Shown one piece after another: positions 38,373 through 40,695 of a DNA stretch of 40,695 nucleotides (position 1 is the stretch's first letter; every line of letters begins with the position of its first letter). The position numbers and the translations under genes were made by a program. This DNA comes from Acholeplasmatales bacterium (lineage in GTDB: Bacteria > Bacillota_I > Bacilli_A > Acholeplasmatales > Anaeroplasmataceae): the NCBI GenBank assembly GCA_024695025.1, contig JAILIY010000178.1, forward strand, positions 1-40,695, written 5' to 3'. The notes beneath the pieces are model-generated. The model did no database searches. It saw only the letters and a program-made list of their open reading frames with translations, and was not told the DNA's origin.

Positions 38373-40695
38373 GCAATATAAATATATTAAAATCGGTTTA
38401 GCATCTCCTGAAGAAATCCTTTCATGGTCTCATGGTGAAGTTTTAAAGCATGAAACAATTAACTATCGTACTTTAAAGCCAGAACTTGATGGTTTATTCT
38501 GTGAAAAGATTTTCGGTCCTCAAAAGGATTATCAATGTGCTTGTGGTAAATCTAAAAGATCTACTGACAAGGGTACAATCTGTGAAAAGTGTGGTGTAGA
38601 AATCACTGAATCTAAGGTAAGACGTGAAAGAATGGGTCACATTAAGTTAGCTGCCCCAGTTGTTCACACTTGGTTTTTAAAGAATTCTCCATCTCCAATC
38701 GCAACATTATTAGATTTAAGAACAAAAGATGTAGAAGAAATTGTATATCTAGCTAAATATGTTGTTACAAATCCTGGTATGGTTCAAGAATTCCAAAAGT
38801 CTTCTAATGAATCAAAACCACTTTTAACAGAACAAGAATATGCATCTTATATTGAAAAATATGGTGTAAATTCATTTACTGCATTAACAGGTGCAGAAGC
38901 AATTAAAAAATTATTACAAGGCATTAATTTACAACAAGAAGAAAAGAAATTAAGACGTAAATTAAAGACTAGTACAAATAAAAGCGAACGTGATAAGGCT
39001 ATTAAGAAACTTGAAATTGTTGAAGATTTCTTACGTTCAGATAACAAGCCTGAATGGATGATTTTAGACATCCTTCCAGTTATTCCACCAGCAATCAGAC
39101 CAATGGTTCAACTTGAAGGTGGTAGATTCGCTACAACTGACTTAAACGACTTATATAGAAGAATTTTAAACAGAAATAACCGTTTAAAGAAGCAATATGA
39201 ACAACATGCTCCACACTTAATTACAAAGAATGAAAAGAGAATGTTACAAGAAGCTGTAGATGCTTTAATTGACAACTCTAAACGTAATAAGAAGGGCGCT
39301 GTTGATAAGGCTCATAAGCTTAAATCTTTATCAGATATGTTAAAGGGTAAGCAAGGTCGTTTCCGTCAAAACTTATTAGGTAAGCGTGTTGACTATTCAG
39401 GACGTTCAGTTATCGTTGTTGGTCCATCATTAAGAATGTATCAATGCGGTGTACCTAAGGAAATGGCATTAACATTATTCCGTCCTTTCGTATTAAGAGA
39501 ATTAATGCGTCAAGGTAATACAATCGCAATTGCAAACAAGATGTGTGACAATCAAGAATCAGCTGTATGGCCAATTCTTGAAGAAGTAATTAGAGAGCAT
39601 CCAGTATTATTAAACCGTGCTCCTACACTTCACCGTTTAGGTATTCAAGCATTTGAACCAATCTTAATCGAAGGTAAGGCAATTCGTCTTCACCCACTAG
39701 TATGTACACCATTCAATGCCGATTTCGATGGTGACCAAATGGCTATCCACGTACCTCTATCTTTAGAGGCTCAAGCAGAAGCAAGATTATTAATGCTTGC
39801 ATCAAATAACATCCTTAACCCTAAGGATGGTAAGCCAGTAGTTACTCCATCACAAGATATGATTTTAGGTAACTACTATCTTACAATGGAAGTTAAGGGC
39901 GAAGAAAATGAAGGTCACTTCTATAAGGACTTCAATGAAGCTTACTTAGCTTATAAGAATAATGTAATTACATTACATACTCGTATCTTCGTAGATATTT
40001 CATATTTACCAGAAGAAAAGATGAATAATCATACATATCCATCTAAATACTTATTTACAACATTAGGTAAGATGATTTTCAACAATGAATTACCTGCAGA
40101 ATTCCCTTACTTAAATGAAGCTAGTGAATATAACCTAGTTACAGCAACTCCAGAAAAGTATTTCTTAGATTCTAAGAATGTAGAAGAATCATACAATAAG
40201 CTAATTGATTCTCCAGTTGTATCTCCATTTAAGAAGAAGAATATCGCAAGAATCATCGCTGAAGTATTCAAGAGATTTAAGATTACTGAAACTTCAAGAA
40301 TGCTTGATAGAATCAAGGATTTAGGTTTCAAATATTCAACAATCGCTGGTTTCACAATTTCAATGACAGACGTTATCGACTATAAGGGTAAGAAGACTCG
40401 TATAGAAGAAGCTGACAAGAAGGTAGATCAAATTACTAAGTTCTACGAAAGAGGTCTTGTTACTAATAAGGAAAGAAAGAAATTAGTAGAAGCTGAATGG
40501 AACAATGCTAGAAAAGAAATTCAAGATGGTGTTTGGAAAGCATTCGCTGAAGCTAACAACCATGTTTATATGATGGCTGATTCAGGTTCACGTGGTAGTG
40601 CATCAAACTTCTCACAACTTGCAGGTATGCGTGGTTTAATGGCCAACACAGCAGGTGAAACAATTGAAGTTCCAGTTAAGGCAAACTTCCGTGAA
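38365..40695 (+). CDS. rpoC: RNA polymerase beta' subunit (3' partial)
   Basis: Open frame from ATG 38365 (AGGAG RBS; 8-nt overlap with rpoB) to the window end: [16 protein letters not shown]...CEKC zinc ribbon, [10 protein letters not shown], catalytic NADFDGD near 39715-39735. Absent from the ORF track because there is no stop in the window. Confidence 0.99.
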   Translation, partial: MSKQYKYIKIGLASPEEILSWSHGEVLKHETINYRTLKPELDGLFCEKIFGPQKDYQCACGKSKRSTDKGTICEKCGVEITESKVRRERMGHIKLAAPVVHTWFLKNSPSPIATLLDLRTKDVEEIVYLAKYVVTNPGMVQEFQKSSNESKPLLTEQEYASYIEKYGVNSFTALTGAEAIKKLLQGINLQQEEKKLRRKLKTSTNKSERDKAIKKLEIVEDFLRSDNKPEWMILDILPVIPPAIRPMVQLEGGRFATTDLNDLYRRILNRNNRLKKQYEQHAPHLITKNEKRMLQEAVDALIDNSKRNKKGAVDKAHKLKSLSDMLKGKQGRFRQNLLGKRVDYSGRSVIVVGPSLRMYQCGVPKEMALTLFRPFVLRELMRQGNTIAIANKMCDNQESAVWPILEEVIREHPVLLNRAPTLHRLGIQAFEPILIEGKAIRLHPLVCTPFNADFDGDQMAIHVPLSLEAQAEARLLMLASNNILNPKDGKPVVTPSQDMILGNYYLTMEVKGEENEGHFYKDFNEAYLAYKNNVITLHTRIFVDISYLPEEKMNNHTYPSKYLFTTLGKMIFNNELPAEFPYLNEASEYNLVTATPEKYFLDSKNVEESYNKLIDSPVVSPFKKKNIARIIAEVFKRFKITETSRMLDRIKDLGFKYSTIAGFTISMTDVIDYKGKKTRIEEADKKVDQITKFYERGLVTNKERKKLVEAEWNNARKEIQDGVWKAFAEANNHVYMMADSGSRGSASNFSQLAGMRGLMANTAGETIEVPVKANFRE

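Noticed and set aside
118-40355. Numerous 60-177 aa minus-strand ORFs (e.g. 8811-9260, 17571-17975, 20613-21146, 32361-32723, 33860-34273)
   Set aside because: They lie antisense to well-supported genes, show no RBS or recognisable motif, and have the composition of shadow frames.
1-40695. TGA=Trp recoding (genetic code 4)
   Set aside because: Conserved genes translate full length in code 11, the Trp codons I inspected are TGG, and TGA ends genes at 12836 and 18719.
1-40695. CRISPR arrays, IS elements, prophage, rRNA/tRNA, defence systems
   Set aside because: No regularly spaced repeats, transposase/integrase motifs or structural RNA signatures were seen, and all spacers are about 300 nt or shorter.

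Overview
Very AT-rich chromosomal housekeeping region. TGA is used as stop and TGG as Trp (code 11). Gene content and an RpoB His526-equivalent substitution suggest a Mollicutes/Acholeplasmatales-like member of the Bacilli, possibly Anaeroplasma-like; this assignment is inference. Almost all genes are on the + strand. Order: end of a CDP-6-deoxysugar cluster (rfbG-like, SDR, rmlC-like), rpmB (-), GT2, fakA-like DAK2, recG, plsX, rnc, dnaD-like, nth, XRE/RRNPP-like regulator, Ig-repeat surface protein, dnaE, HMA protein + Zn/Cd P1B-ATPase, ABC exporter, pgk-HPr-tpiA, tsaE-tsaB-rimI-ybaK-tsaD-MFS/spermidine-synthase-like fusion, guaB, purF-like, 2-hydroxyacyl-CoA dehydratase-related domain, fba, dhuI-like, ZIP transporter, rpoB, partial rpoC. 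No rRNA, tRNA, CRISPR array or mobile element was seen. The best leads are: (1) a FakA-like kinase that appears to have lost all three middle-domain Zn ligands, preceded by a promoter-linked RNA with two mutually exclusive folds; (2) an RRNPP-like regulator coupled to an Ig-repeat surface protein just upstream of dnaE; (3) a PurF lacking the catalytic Cys1; (4) an HPr lacking Arg17/Pro18 inside the glycolytic operon. All calls come from reading motifs by eye; no database searches were run.
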